Assembly: GCA_016187395.1 (NCBI GenBank)
Contig: JACPJV010000039.1
Coordinates: 5,663-69,662, forward strand
Source: Candidatus Aenigmatarchaeota archaeon
GTDB lineage: Archaea; Aenigmatarchaeota; Aenigmatarchaeia; GW2011-AR5; JACRAC01
DNA length: 64,000 bases
Direction: 5' to 3'
In this document: one piece after another, positions 18,141 through 25,964 of the stretch
Layout of the letters: each line of letters begins with the position of its first letter
Numbering within the stretch: the first letter of the stretch is position 1
The notes under the pieces: model-generated
The model's database searches: none
What the model saw: the letters and a program-made list of their open reading frames with translations, nothing else
Told to the model about the DNA's origin: nothing
Made by a program: the position numbers and the translations under genes

Positions 18141-18914
18141 ATGAATTCAGAAGAGATGTCCAAGCTTCAGATGAGCCGAAGCCAGGGAGCGGCAATGATT
18201 CTTTCGCGACAACTAGCAAGCCAGATTGCTCGCGATATTTCGCGGATTGCCGATGACTACAGGCGTGGCGCAACCGGAGAAGAGATAGTAAAAAAACACC
18301 GCATAGATATAAGATATTGCAAGGGATCGGAAAGCATCGCGCTGTCTTCTGTCTATTTCGCGCTTGCAGAGCTTATGCCGGAAGGCGAGAGGCACAGGCT
18401 TGCATACGAACATACGGTTGATGCAGCCATGCCTGTTATCAGAAAACAGCAAGACGACGGCACAGGCATATACGGATTTACAAGCAAGCAGCATTCTGAG
18501 GCAGGAAGAAAAGGCGGCTCAAAATCAGGAAGAATAGTATACGAGCAAAAGCTCGGCATACACGGTCTTTCTCATGAGGAGAGATCTAAGATAGGAAAAA
18601 AAGCTGGGAAAATCGGAGGGAGTTCTGCGCGAAGAATGAGAAAGGGCATTCATTCTCTGACGCCTGAACAAAGAAGAGAAATTTCCAGGAAAGCTGTCGC
18701 TGCCCGCGGTTATGCGCCATTTTCCGATGAGGAAAAGACTTATTTTCTGGAGTTATGTGCGGATCCGGAATTTCAGTACGGGTCAGGACCAAACAAGGGA
18801 AGGCCTGAACATCCCCGGATAGCAAAAGGACTTGAGCAAAGGTTCGGTATAGACCGGTCAGGCTCTGACCTGGCTTCTATGAAGTGCAGACTTGAAAGGA
18901 GGAAAGGTGCTTAG
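18141..18914 (+). CDS. hypothetical DNA-binding-like protein with three NUMOD3-like repeats
   Basis: Repeats GIYGFTSKQHSEAGRKGGSKSG, GIHGLSHEERSKIGKKAGKIGG and GIHSLTPEQRREISRKAVAARG resemble the NUMOD3 motif of homing-endonuclease DNA-binding modules. No nuclease motif was seen. Confidence 0.45.
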   Translation: MNSEEMSKLQMSRSQGAAMILSRQLASQIARDISRIADDYRRGATGEEIVKKHRIDIRYCKGSESIALSSVYFALAELMPEGERHRLAYEHTVDAAMPVIRKQQDDGTGIYGFTSKQHSEAGRKGGSKSGRIVYEQKLGIHGLSHEERSKIGKKAGKIGGSSARRMRKGIHSLTPEQRREISRKAVAARGYAPFSDEEKTYFLELCADPEFQYGSGPNKGRPEHPRIAKGLEQRFGIDRSGSDLASMKCRLERRKGA

Positions 18915-18916
18915 AA

Positions 18917-18983
18917 ATGTACAACAAACAGCCTGCACTTTACTCCATCCGCGGCATCAACTGCAGCGGGGAGGGGCTGTGAA
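18917..18983 (+). repeat. junction repeat J (diverged copy)
   Basis: Reads in frame as ...QPALYSIRGINCSGEGL*, compared with ...ELVLYSIRGRNRNGEGR* in other copies. Ends directly against the stop of the ATPase gene at 18984. Confidence 0.7.
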
Positions 18984-20402
18984 TTATCGCTTCATGGCTT
19001 TCTCGATGTCTTTCAGGTCAAAGCAATATGCTTTCTTCCCTTCGACTTTTGTTATTCTCTTTCTGAATGACTTTGCAAAAACAGCATAGATTTCTTTTCT
19101 CCTGTCGTTGTGCCATTTCACGAGCTTGGCTTTCTCAATGAGGTTTGCGGCAATTTTTCCCGCATCTACGTTATCCTTCCACTTGCATTCGCAGAACAAG
19201 ATTTTCATCTTGTTTTCATCAAGCGCTACTATGTCTATTTCCCTGTCCTTGTGCCACCATCTGCCGATTTTTTCAAAGCCGAAGCCTGCCAGAACAGCCT
19301 TTTCCCTTATCAGATGCTCGACCAGCCTTTCGAACATAAACCCGGAATAATTCTGGAAATCCTTTTTGATTGCAGACAGGATTTCCCCCTCCCTGTACGC
19401 CTCCAGTTCTATCTTGTTCGGATAAACGTACCTGAACCAGAAATTGAAATAAGGATCGACAAGAAAATACAACCTCCTTCGGAATTTCGGCGAAGCAGTG
19501 ACAGGAATTTCCTCTCTTATTATTCCAATGTTTTTGAGCGTTTCGAGATACTTTGACACCATGCCTTTGTCCAATCCGGTATAATTGCATATTTCTGCTG
19601 ACGTTGTTTTTCCAAGCGCAATAGCCTTGAAAATGAGAACATAATTTTTGGGTTCTCTAAATTCATCTTTCAGCAGGAATTCCGCTTCCCTGTAAAGATA
19701 GCAGCCTTTTCTTATGAAATTTTTCCTTATATTCTGCCAGAATCCCAGCTTTGGATCGAATTTCAGGATGTATTCCGGTATCCCGCCGATAACGAACCAT
19801 ATTCTTGCCAGTTCTTCCATGCTGCAATGCGGGAAAAATTTTCTCATGCGAGCAAATAACAGCGGCTGAAGCTCCCATTGACCTGTTCTTCTGCCGTACA
19901 GGGGACTCCCATAACCGAGAACCTTTTCTTCCATCACGCTGACCGACGAGCCTGAAAGTATCAGCATAACGTTTTTGTTCTTCAGTATAAGCTCCCATAT
20001 TCTCTGAAATATCGAAGGGATTGATGGGTTGCTGTGTATCAGAAAAGGAAATTCGTCAATGGCAACAATTACTTTTGTTTTCCTTGCCAGTTCTGCAAAT
20101 GCTATATTTTTTGCCAAAGAGTCGAATAGAAAAAACCAGTCTCCGAATTCAGCTCTTGAAAAATTCTCATCATCGATAAGCTCGGACGCTTTTCTCTTGA
20201 AATTAGCTAAGTTTTCCTTATCGCCTTCTGAAGAGGCAAGAAAGTAAAGCCCTTTCCTTCCCCTGAGGAACTCCAGAATAAGCTCCGTTTTTCCCACGCG
20301 CCTTCGGCCATAAATCACAACAAGTTCTGACTTGCCGGATGAATGCATTCGTTTTAGAAATGCAAGCTCCTTCTCTCTGTTCACAAATTTTGGTTGAGTC
20401 AT
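18984..20402 (-). CDS. archaeal AAA+ ATPase with C-terminal DUF234/PD-(D/E)xK-like domain
   Basis: Walker A GRRRVGKT and Walker B IVAIDEF. The C-terminal IGRWWHKDREIDIVALD...ILFCECKW forms a D...ExK nuclease-like motif. Confidence 0.85.
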   Translation of the reverse strand: MTQPKFVNREKELAFLKRMHSSGKSELVVIYGRRRVGKTELILEFLRGRKGLYFLASSEGDKENLANFKRKASELIDDENFSRAEFGDWFFLFDSLAKNIAFAELARKTKVIVAIDEFPFLIHSNPSIPSIFQRIWELILKNKNVMLILSGSSVSVMEEKVLGYGSPLYGRRTGQWELQPLLFARMRKFFPHCSMEELARIWFVIGGIPEYILKFDPKLGFWQNIRKNFIRKGCYLYREAEFLLKDEFREPKNYVLIFKAIALGKTTSAEICNYTGLDKGMVSKYLETLKNIGIIREEIPVTASPKFRRRLYFLVDPYFNFWFRYVYPNKIELEAYREGEILSAIKKDFQNYSGFMFERLVEHLIREKAVLAGFGFEKIGRWWHKDREIDIVALDENKMKILFCECKWKDNVDAGKIAANLIEKAKLVKWHNDRRKEIYAVFAKSFRKRITKVEGKKAYCFDLKDIEKAMKR

Positions 20403-20425
20403 AAGTAGTATACTTTACTATCAAC

Positions 20426-20433
20426 TATTTAAA
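20426..20433 (-). promoter_or_regulatory. TATA box (TTTAAATA on minus strand)
   Basis: Lies 24 nt upstream of the ATG at 20402. The same CTTTAAATA box with the same spacing is found upstream of the 27351 and 25691 genes. Confidence 0.5.
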
Positions 20434-20437
20434 GCTT

Positions 20438-20452
20438 GGGAGGGGCGGTGAG
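20438..20452 (+). repeat. junction repeat J (terminal 15 nt only, GGGAGGGGCGGTGAG)
   Basis: Identical to the ends of the J copies at 25021-25035 and 28966-28980. Confidence 0.6.
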
Positions 20453-20454
20453 AT

Positions 20455-20475
20455 TGGGCAGGCGCCTTAGGAAAC
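20455..20475. repeat. 21-bp direct repeat, right copy
   Basis: Exact match to 16700-16720. Confidence 0.9.
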
Positions 20476-20516
20476 CTTTAAAACTTATCGGCTTCTAACT
20501 AATTAGGTTCGATTTC

Positions 20517-22139
20517 ATGACTCGCAAATTCCGCCACCTGGTGGGAACTGCTGCCTTGGGACTTGGCGCTCTTTTGTTCAGCACGGGCGCTGCTTCTGCA
20601 GAGGAACTGAAACAGGAAACAGGCGTACCACAAAAAACTGATGGCAGAGAATTCGAGACAAAGGACAACCACTATGATTTTGGCTGCTTCAACGGGAATT
20701 ACAGGGCAGATCCTGGCGAGCTGCGAAGAGGCTGCAATCATGTTATAAATCCCGGAAAGCTGGTGCGTGTAGAGCCTTCTCTGCCTCCTTTCAGCGAGAT
20801 TTTTCAGCACGAATGGACTTGCACGGCGACTCCAAACGACGGCAGGGTTTCCGGGCCCTCTGCTTCAGATACGCTATCGCCGGATGGATTCATTGACGCC
20901 CGTGTTGACGGCGAAAACGTTTTATTTAAAATAGTTGATCCTGACGGCATATGGAGGTATGGCGCGGATTATGGCGGCGATGGATCCATGGATAAGATGG
21001 AATGGGCAGCTGGCGCGAATGTCGTAGAAGATTCATTTATTTTAACCCCGACCTTTTCCGGAAAACATCCAGTGAAGATAGTTTATTGGGACATGGGATA
21101 CAGATCTAAAGAAAAAAATCTTGTTGTTCAGGCAGGAAACGGCGAAGATGCTGATTTGGCATCATTCTTTTCCTGGATGGAAAGCCACGGATACTCTCCA
21201 GAGATTACCCATGTTTACAGAAAGCATCTGGACCATCCTTTAGTCAGAAAACAACTGTACAGAGATTTTGACATCCGCGAAGGAGGAGGAAATGAAACCG
21301 TGCAATCCTACAGACAGGGCGGGACATTCACGATGGTGCTTCACGACGTATTTCCTACTGATGATGGAGCTACGTCAACTTCCATGGAGGGCGATATTCC
21401 GGCATTGGAGAAAATAGCAGAGAGGATTTTTGGAAGAGATTTCTCCTTTGAATACAAGCCTGAGGACATATCATATTCAGATCTTATTGGGCAAGTCCTT
21501 GAAGACTGCGTTGTACTGGATGGAAATAGGGTAAGGGAAACCTTGAATGCGATGGTAGATGATAGAACTAAAGGCCATGTATTTCATCTTGCAGCTGAAA
21601 CCCTTGAATGGGGCATTCCGGTATGCAGCTTTACAGGCTCTTCACCAGCTTTTAGCACAGAGGAACTGGATGACGGAGAGGATTATGTTGGGGGACTTTA
21701 TTTGCATGAATGGGGGCACGACATTGAACTGCACCATCATCTGGTGAACCAAGCATATCCCTTTACAAACAGCTTCTACGGCACGGATGATATAATGGTT
21801 CATGATTATATCGGCTATGGAAACAGGGAAACAGGCAGGCTGGGAGATCCTTTGACGTTATACGCGCTCGAAACAGCAGACGGGTATTCTCCGGAAACGA
21901 CAGCCAGATACAATGAAGCCATGGAAAACAGCTGGATGCTGGAAGATGCTTACTATGGTATAACGAATCGCCCTCCAACAATGCCAAAGGTTTCTATAAA
22001 CGCTGATAATAGCAGCCAATGCATAACCTGCAATGCTTTCGGCAGCTTTGACAGAAATGGAGATCCAATAACTTACACATATACGTGGTCTATTGACGGT
22101 CAGCAGATGCCTTATACAGATAATCGAATTTGCTGGTGA
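20517..22139 (+). CDS. secreted HExxH metallopeptidase-like protein with C-terminal PKD-like segment
   Basis: Signal peptide (GTAALGLGALLFSTGAASA), the motif LYLHEWGHDIELHHH, and a C-terminal FDRNGDPITYTYTWSIDG pattern. Confidence 0.65.
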   Translation: MTRKFRHLVGTAALGLGALLFSTGAASAEELKQETGVPQKTDGREFETKDNHYDFGCFNGNYRADPGELRRGCNHVINPGKLVRVEPSLPPFSEIFQHEWTCTATPNDGRVSGPSASDTLSPDGFIDARVDGENVLFKIVDPDGIWRYGADYGGDGSMDKMEWAAGANVVEDSFILTPTFSGKHPVKIVYWDMGYRSKEKNLVVQAGNGEDADLASFFSWMESHGYSPEITHVYRKHLDHPLVRKQLYRDFDIREGGGNETVQSYRQGGTFTMVLHDVFPTDDGATSTSMEGDIPALEKIAERIFGRDFSFEYKPEDISYSDLIGQVLEDCVVLDGNRVRETLNAMVDDRTKGHVFHLAAETLEWGIPVCSFTGSSPAFSTEELDDGEDYVGGLYLHEWGHDIELHHHLVNQAYPFTNSFYGTDDIMVHDYIGYGNRETGRLGDPLTLYALETADGYSPETTARYNEAMENSWMLEDAYYGITNRPPTMPKVSINADNSSQCITCNAFGSFDRNGDPITYTYTWSIDGQQMPYTDNRICW

Positions 22140-22195
22140 TGTCCTCCATATCCTTCGCTGGATAAAGCCAGCGGCTTCCCTGGGAGGACAGCATC

Positions 22196-22250
22196 GCAAA
22201 AGAAAGCCATATTATTCATCCTCTATCTAAAGATGGAGGCTTTCTTTTGC
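22196..22250. repeat. 13-bp-stem hairpin related to family F1 (possible bidirectional terminator)
   Basis: GCAAAAGAAAGCC...GGCTTTCTTTTGC followed by TTGTAATCAGG. The same TACAAGCAAAAGAAAGCC string occurs at 61725-61742. Lies between convergent genes. Confidence 0.5.
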
Positions 22251-22256
22251 TTGTAA

Positions 22257-23207
22257 TCAGGCAACTGAAAGTTCCCTGTAAATTTCCATATAGGGCTTTG
22301 AAATTCCTGGATCGTCAAATATTGCTTTCAATGAATCTACCAGCGTTTTTTCCAGTTTCATCCCGCTTTTTCTATTTTCAACTGCAAAATGAACCGCCTC
22401 CAAATCTTTTGCCAGCAACCCTGATACTTCTTCTTCGCTTAAACCCATGTCCATGCCGTCATAAATCTGGCTTGCGTCCCGGCGAGTTAAAATTATAATA
22501 CCTGAGCTTTGCGGCCTCAGCTGCACCACAGGCTTTCTTTTTCTGGCCCTTCCTGTTTCCCGGTTAAGTTTTGCAAAGAAATACCCGATTTTCTTTTCCG
22601 GCAGCCCTGTGAAATGAGAGACATCAGCAGGGCTAAGATCAGTCTGGTAAGCCCGCCTCAACATCCTTCGGGCATCATCAGGCAGGCTTTCCCATCTCCA
22701 GCTCAGAATATCCTCTCCACCCTCTTTTAGGATAATATCCCTGACCGTGGCGTGGTATCCAATCCCTGATTTTCTGGAAAGGTCACGGAGGGTGGTTTTT
22801 GCCCCCCTTTCTCTGGTTATTCGAACTTCTCTAAATAATTTTATCAAATTCTCTACTGGAATGTAACCATTATGATCAGACGCCTTTTCAGGCCTCCCCT
22901 GATCATACTCAATCGCCTTTCCATATTCCCATCCTTCCCTTTCTGCCAGTTCATAAAGTCTGTTTCTAAGAAGATTCAGGATGCATCTTTGTTCTTCTTG
23001 CAATTCTTCACCAGCTTTTCTTCTATTTGAGAGGTAAGCGTTTCTTGCTTTTGAATATCTTTCCTGCTGGCCGGTTCGCCTTATATATTTCCATACCCCC
23101 TGTCTTGTTTTTGGCCCTTCACCTATCCTTTCACATTCTCTTGCAATACCTAGTGGGGAAAGGCTGCCTTGTCTTAGCAAAGAGTCTACGTGCCTGTAAT
23201 GTTCCAT
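22257..23207 (-). CDS. hypothetical protein with several HTH-like segments
   Basis: Start moved to ATG 23207, because the first 44 codons of the track ORF are the antisense reading of a J repeat. A TATA-like TATTTAT lies about 25 nt upstream. Confidence 0.5.
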   Translation of the reverse strand: MEHYRHVDSLLRQGSLSPLGIARECERIGEGPKTRQGVWKYIRRTGQQERYSKARNAYLSNRRKAGEELQEEQRCILNLLRNRLYELAEREGWEYGKAIEYDQGRPEKASDHNGYIPVENLIKLFREVRITRERGAKTTLRDLSRKSGIGYHATVRDIILKEGGEDILSWRWESLPDDARRMLRRAYQTDLSPADVSHFTGLPEKKIGYFFAKLNRETGRARKRKPVVQLRPQSSGIIILTRRDASQIYDGMDMGLSEEEVSGLLAKDLEAVHFAVENRKSGMKLEKTLVDSLKAIFDDPGISKPYMEIYRELSVA

Positions 23208-23243
23208 AAATGTATGTAACAATAAATGATAAATAGTTTTAAT

Positions 23244-23307
23244 GCCGCCGACGGCAACGAACTTGTGCTTTATTCTGTGAGAGGCAGAAACTGCAACGGG
23301 GAGGGGC
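23244..23307 (+). repeat. junction repeat J (3' 64 nt)
   Basis: Reads AADGNELVLYSVRGRNCNGEGP*. Differs from other copies mainly by synonymous changes. Confidence 0.8.
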
Positions 23308-23317
23308 CTTAGGCAAA

Positions 23318-24616
23318 TCATTTTGCTGCCAGCAGCCACTTCCAGAGGGGGATGAATGTGATATTGTAACTTCTGCCTTTATGCTTCACTTTTCTGCCGC
23401 CTTCTTTCTCTTCTGTTATGACAAGCCCTTCCCTCAATTTGCATTTTTTCATGGCTTCTAACAGACCTTTGACCTCGCGCTCTTCATTCTCCTTTATCTG
23501 GTAGGAAACCTGTATAGCCGTAACCTTTCGCCCCTCCTTTACCAGAAAGTCGCATTCCTGCCTGCCTTTGAAATAATAGATTTCTTTCCCTCTGTTGAGC
23601 AATGAAAGAAAAACTAGGTTTTCATACAGTTTCCCTATGTTGTCCAAAAATCTGAAGCTTACTGTATTTATGAGGCCGGAATCAATCCCATAGACCTTTC
23701 TCGGATTCACTTCCTGCTCTTTCAGGGAATATGAAAATTTCGGGACGAAAAACACCAGGCAGGCATCTGTCATATACAGCGAGAACCTTTCTACACTGTC
23801 CAGACTCAAGCCCGCAAACCTGGCAATTCTTCTGTACGAGATGGGAGATGAAAAATTTGTCAGGTAGTATTTGGCCAACGCCTTGAGTTTTCCCGTGTTT
23901 CTTATTCTGCGGCGCTCTGCGATATCTCTTCCCACTATATCGTCAAAATACCTTTCAAGTATTTCCTTTTTTTCGCCCTTTAATGCAACGAGAGGAAAAC
24001 CGCCGTATTCCATGTATTCTCTCAGAAGCTGCTTAATCTGAATTTTTCTGGAAAGCAAATCAAGCTTGCCTCCCAGCCGCAGTCCCTTAAAACGAAGGAA
24101 TTCCCTGAAATCCAGCGGGTATATTCTCATATCTACCCACCTTCCTGTGAGCAGGGTTCCGAATTCTTTGCTGAGCAATTTGGAAGTGGAACCAGAAATT
24201 AAAATACGCGCTTCCTTCTTTTCATGCAAAGCCCTCACAAACTTTTCCCATTTCGGGATACTTTGTATCTCATCCAGCAAGATGTAGGGAATGCCTTTCG
24301 GCTTCACTATTTCCATATAAGACTCATAAATCTGCTGCAGAAATTCCAAAGAGAGCATATCTGCAAATTTTGGTTCTTCGAAGTTTACATACAAAAAAGA
24401 TGTTCTGCCTTCACCTCTGCCAATATGCCGTTTTATGAACTGTTTCATTAAAGTGGATTTCCCGCTCCTTCGCACACCTGTTATTGCAATAACCTGGTCT
24501 GTGCGCACGAGTCTGTCCAGCTTGCTCAGGTATTCTTCTCTGGATATTCCAGTTTCATGGTCATCTTCCCAGAAATTCCAGCCGCTTAATACCTCTACAA
24601 TTTTTTCATTTTCCAT
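23318..24616 (-). CDS. AAA+ ATPase, AAA_14/DUF4143 type (COG1373-like)
   Basis: Walker A GVRRSGKST and Walker B ILLDEIQ. C-terminal QECDFLV...AIQVSY block. A TATA (TTATATA) lies 22 nt upstream of the ATG. Confidence 0.85.
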   Translation of the reverse strand: MENEKIVEVLSGWNFWEDDHETGISREEYLSKLDRLVRTDQVIAITGVRRSGKSTLMKQFIKRHIGRGEGRTSFLYVNFEEPKFADMLSLEFLQQIYESYMEIVKPKGIPYILLDEIQSIPKWEKFVRALHEKKEARILISGSTSKLLSKEFGTLLTGRWVDMRIYPLDFREFLRFKGLRLGGKLDLLSRKIQIKQLLREYMEYGGFPLVALKGEKKEILERYFDDIVGRDIAERRRIRNTGKLKALAKYYLTNFSSPISYRRIARFAGLSLDSVERFSLYMTDACLVFFVPKFSYSLKEQEVNPRKVYGIDSGLINTVSFRFLDNIGKLYENLVFLSLLNRGKEIYYFKGRQECDFLVKEGRKVTAIQVSYQIKENEEREVKGLLEAMKKCKLREGLVITEEKEGGRKVKHKGRSYNITFIPLWKWLLAAK

Positions 24617-24673
24617 AGGAAAATAAGTTTATCAAAGTATATAAGCTTATCGGTCATTTTCATGCCTTTTTGA

Positions 24674-25034
24674 CCGACATATTTAATAGGATGCCCAGTC
24701 CAATGCCTCGAAGTCTGCCCGTGCGATGTTCTGCCCGGAGAGATGCAGAATCTTCGCGCCAGAAGAAACGGCCGCAATGTCGAATTGTACTGGCCTACCG
24801 AGCCGCTTTCACAGGAATATGGCATAGACAGGGAGGTGAACGCCACACGCGCATCTGCTGACCAGAGCTTCAACCCGGCACGCGTAAACACGACAAGCGG
24901 CTTACAGTATACGGATGCCGGCGTTGCCGGCGACGGCAACGAGCTTGTGCTTTATTCTGTTAGGGGCAGAAAGGCGAATGGACGTTTGCCGCAGCAAACG
25001 TCAGTCTGCACTTCGCAACGGGGAGGGGCGGTGA
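24674..25034 (+). pseudogene. 3' fragment of an Fn3-like surface-protein gene (longest J copy), disrupted by hairpin element E
   Basis: Open from the stop at 24671. Encodes ...LPGEMQNLRARRNGRNVELYWPTEPLSQEYGIDREVNATRASADQSFNPARVNTTSGLQYTDAGVAGDGNELVLYSVRG (Fn3-like pattern). A 45-nt insert then shifts the frame before the conserved NGEGR* end. Confidence 0.6.
24970..25014. repeat. hairpin element E (GGCGAATGGAC...GTCAGTCTGC)
   Basis: 45 nt replace the GAACT found at the same place in intact J copies. It forms a long imperfect hairpin around GTTTGCCGCAGCAAAC. Confidence 0.75.
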
Positions 25035-25442
25035 CTACTTCGGTTCTGAGAGTTCTTTGGTTGCATAAACTTTGATAATATTTTGCTCTTTCAGCTTCTT
25101 GTCATTTGACCATATTGCGCAGCGGAGTTTCAATGCGAGCGCGAAGTAATGGACATCATCGGGATCAGGACATACAGATTCAGCTTGTTCAAAATATTCT
25201 ATGAATTCGCTGGAAGGGACTGATGTTATACTCGCTCTTATCATGAGCTCGGTAAAAAGATCCCTAACCTTTTCTTCTGAAAGACCCGTTTTTTCAGTGA
25301 TGACGTCCAGATTGTTCATAAGTTCCTCAAAAAGAAATTCAGGGATGTAGAAAGTCCAGCTGCTGCTCAAAATGAGATGGCGCGTATGGCTGTCTCTTAT
25401 CAATGCTGCGAAAAGTACGTTCGCATCGAGAACAAGATCCAT
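25035..25442 (-). CDS. vapC: PIN-domain toxin
   Basis: The MDLVLDANVLFAAL N-terminus and conserved acidic residues. Paralog of 60709-61152. Confidence 0.85.
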   Translation of the reverse strand: MDLVLDANVLFAALIRDSHTRHLILSSSWTFYIPEFLFEELMNNLDVITEKTGLSEEKVRDLFTELMIRASITSVPSSEFIEYFEQAESVCPDPDDVHYFALALKLRCAIWSNDKKLKEQNIIKVYATKELSEPK

Positions 25443-25691
25443 TTATCTCATCTCTTTGTATCTTTTTGCCAGCGCCTTATTAACCTTTCTGCCGAGTTCA
25501 ATTGCGTCTTCTTCGGTCAGTTTGCTCTCTGCGAGAAGCCTATCCATCTTCTTTAAGAGAATGACCCTCTCCCGGATTGCCTGCCTAGCTACTTCTGACC
25601 AGTTTAGCTCAGGATGTCTGTCCATTTCTTCTTTCAGCTCTTCCGGTACAGACAGAGTTATGCTTACCACAAAATCACCTATCACGTTCAT
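25443..25691 (-). CDS. vapB: antitoxin partner of PIN toxin
   Basis: 82 aa, abuts the PIN gene. Shares SKLTEEDA-ELGRKVN---A-(R/K)Y with 60436-60699. TATA TTTAAATA lies 29 nt upstream. Confidence 0.75.
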   Translation of the reverse strand: MNVIGDFVVSITLSVPEELKEEMDRHPELNWSEVARQAIRERVILLKKMDRLLAESKLTEEDAIELGRKVNKALAKRYKEMR

Positions 25692-25742
25692 TGTGTTTAA
25701 TATGTTTAATACGTGAACATATTTAAAGGTTGCGTTTCAACT

Positions 25743-25859
25743 CAGTTAGAGGCAGGGAGGCGAATGGACTGCGAGTGAGTAGACACTTTCTGCAGAAAGT
25801 GTCATTTGCCTCCGCTGCAGGAATGTCAGTCTGCATTCTGCAGCGGAGAGGGGCGGTAG
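25743..25859 (+). repeat. junction repeat J (short) carrying nested hairpin element E
   Basis: CAGTTAGAGGCAG, then an 89-nt E insert (25756-25844), then GGAGAGGGGCGGTAG. Confidence 0.7.
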
Positions 25860-25865
25860 GCTGAT

Positions 25866-25964
25866 TATATAGCAAACCAACTTGCTATATGGCGTTTATT
25901 AAGTTGGTTTGCTATATGGGAAAGCACAAATGACATGTTCCGTTTCATTTGTGGTTTCACTATA
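25866..25964. repeat. family F1 hairpin modules (two)
   Basis: TATATAGCAAACCAAC...GTTGGTTTGCTATAT and GCACAAATGA...TCATTTGTGGTTTCACTATA. The last heptamer contains the stop codon of the ATPase gene. Confidence 0.8.

Noticed and set aside
22257-23339. Full-length 360-aa version of this ORF, and the small ORFs 24743-25075, 27343-27540 and 27373-27600
   Set aside because: The first 44 codons of the 360-aa ORF, and ORF 27373-27600, are antisense readings of J repeats (PLPVAVSASHRIKHKFVAVGG-type). ORFs 24743-25075 and 27343-27540 are the sense reading of J gene fragments lacking a 5' part. I treated them as repeats or pseudogene fragments rather than independent genes.
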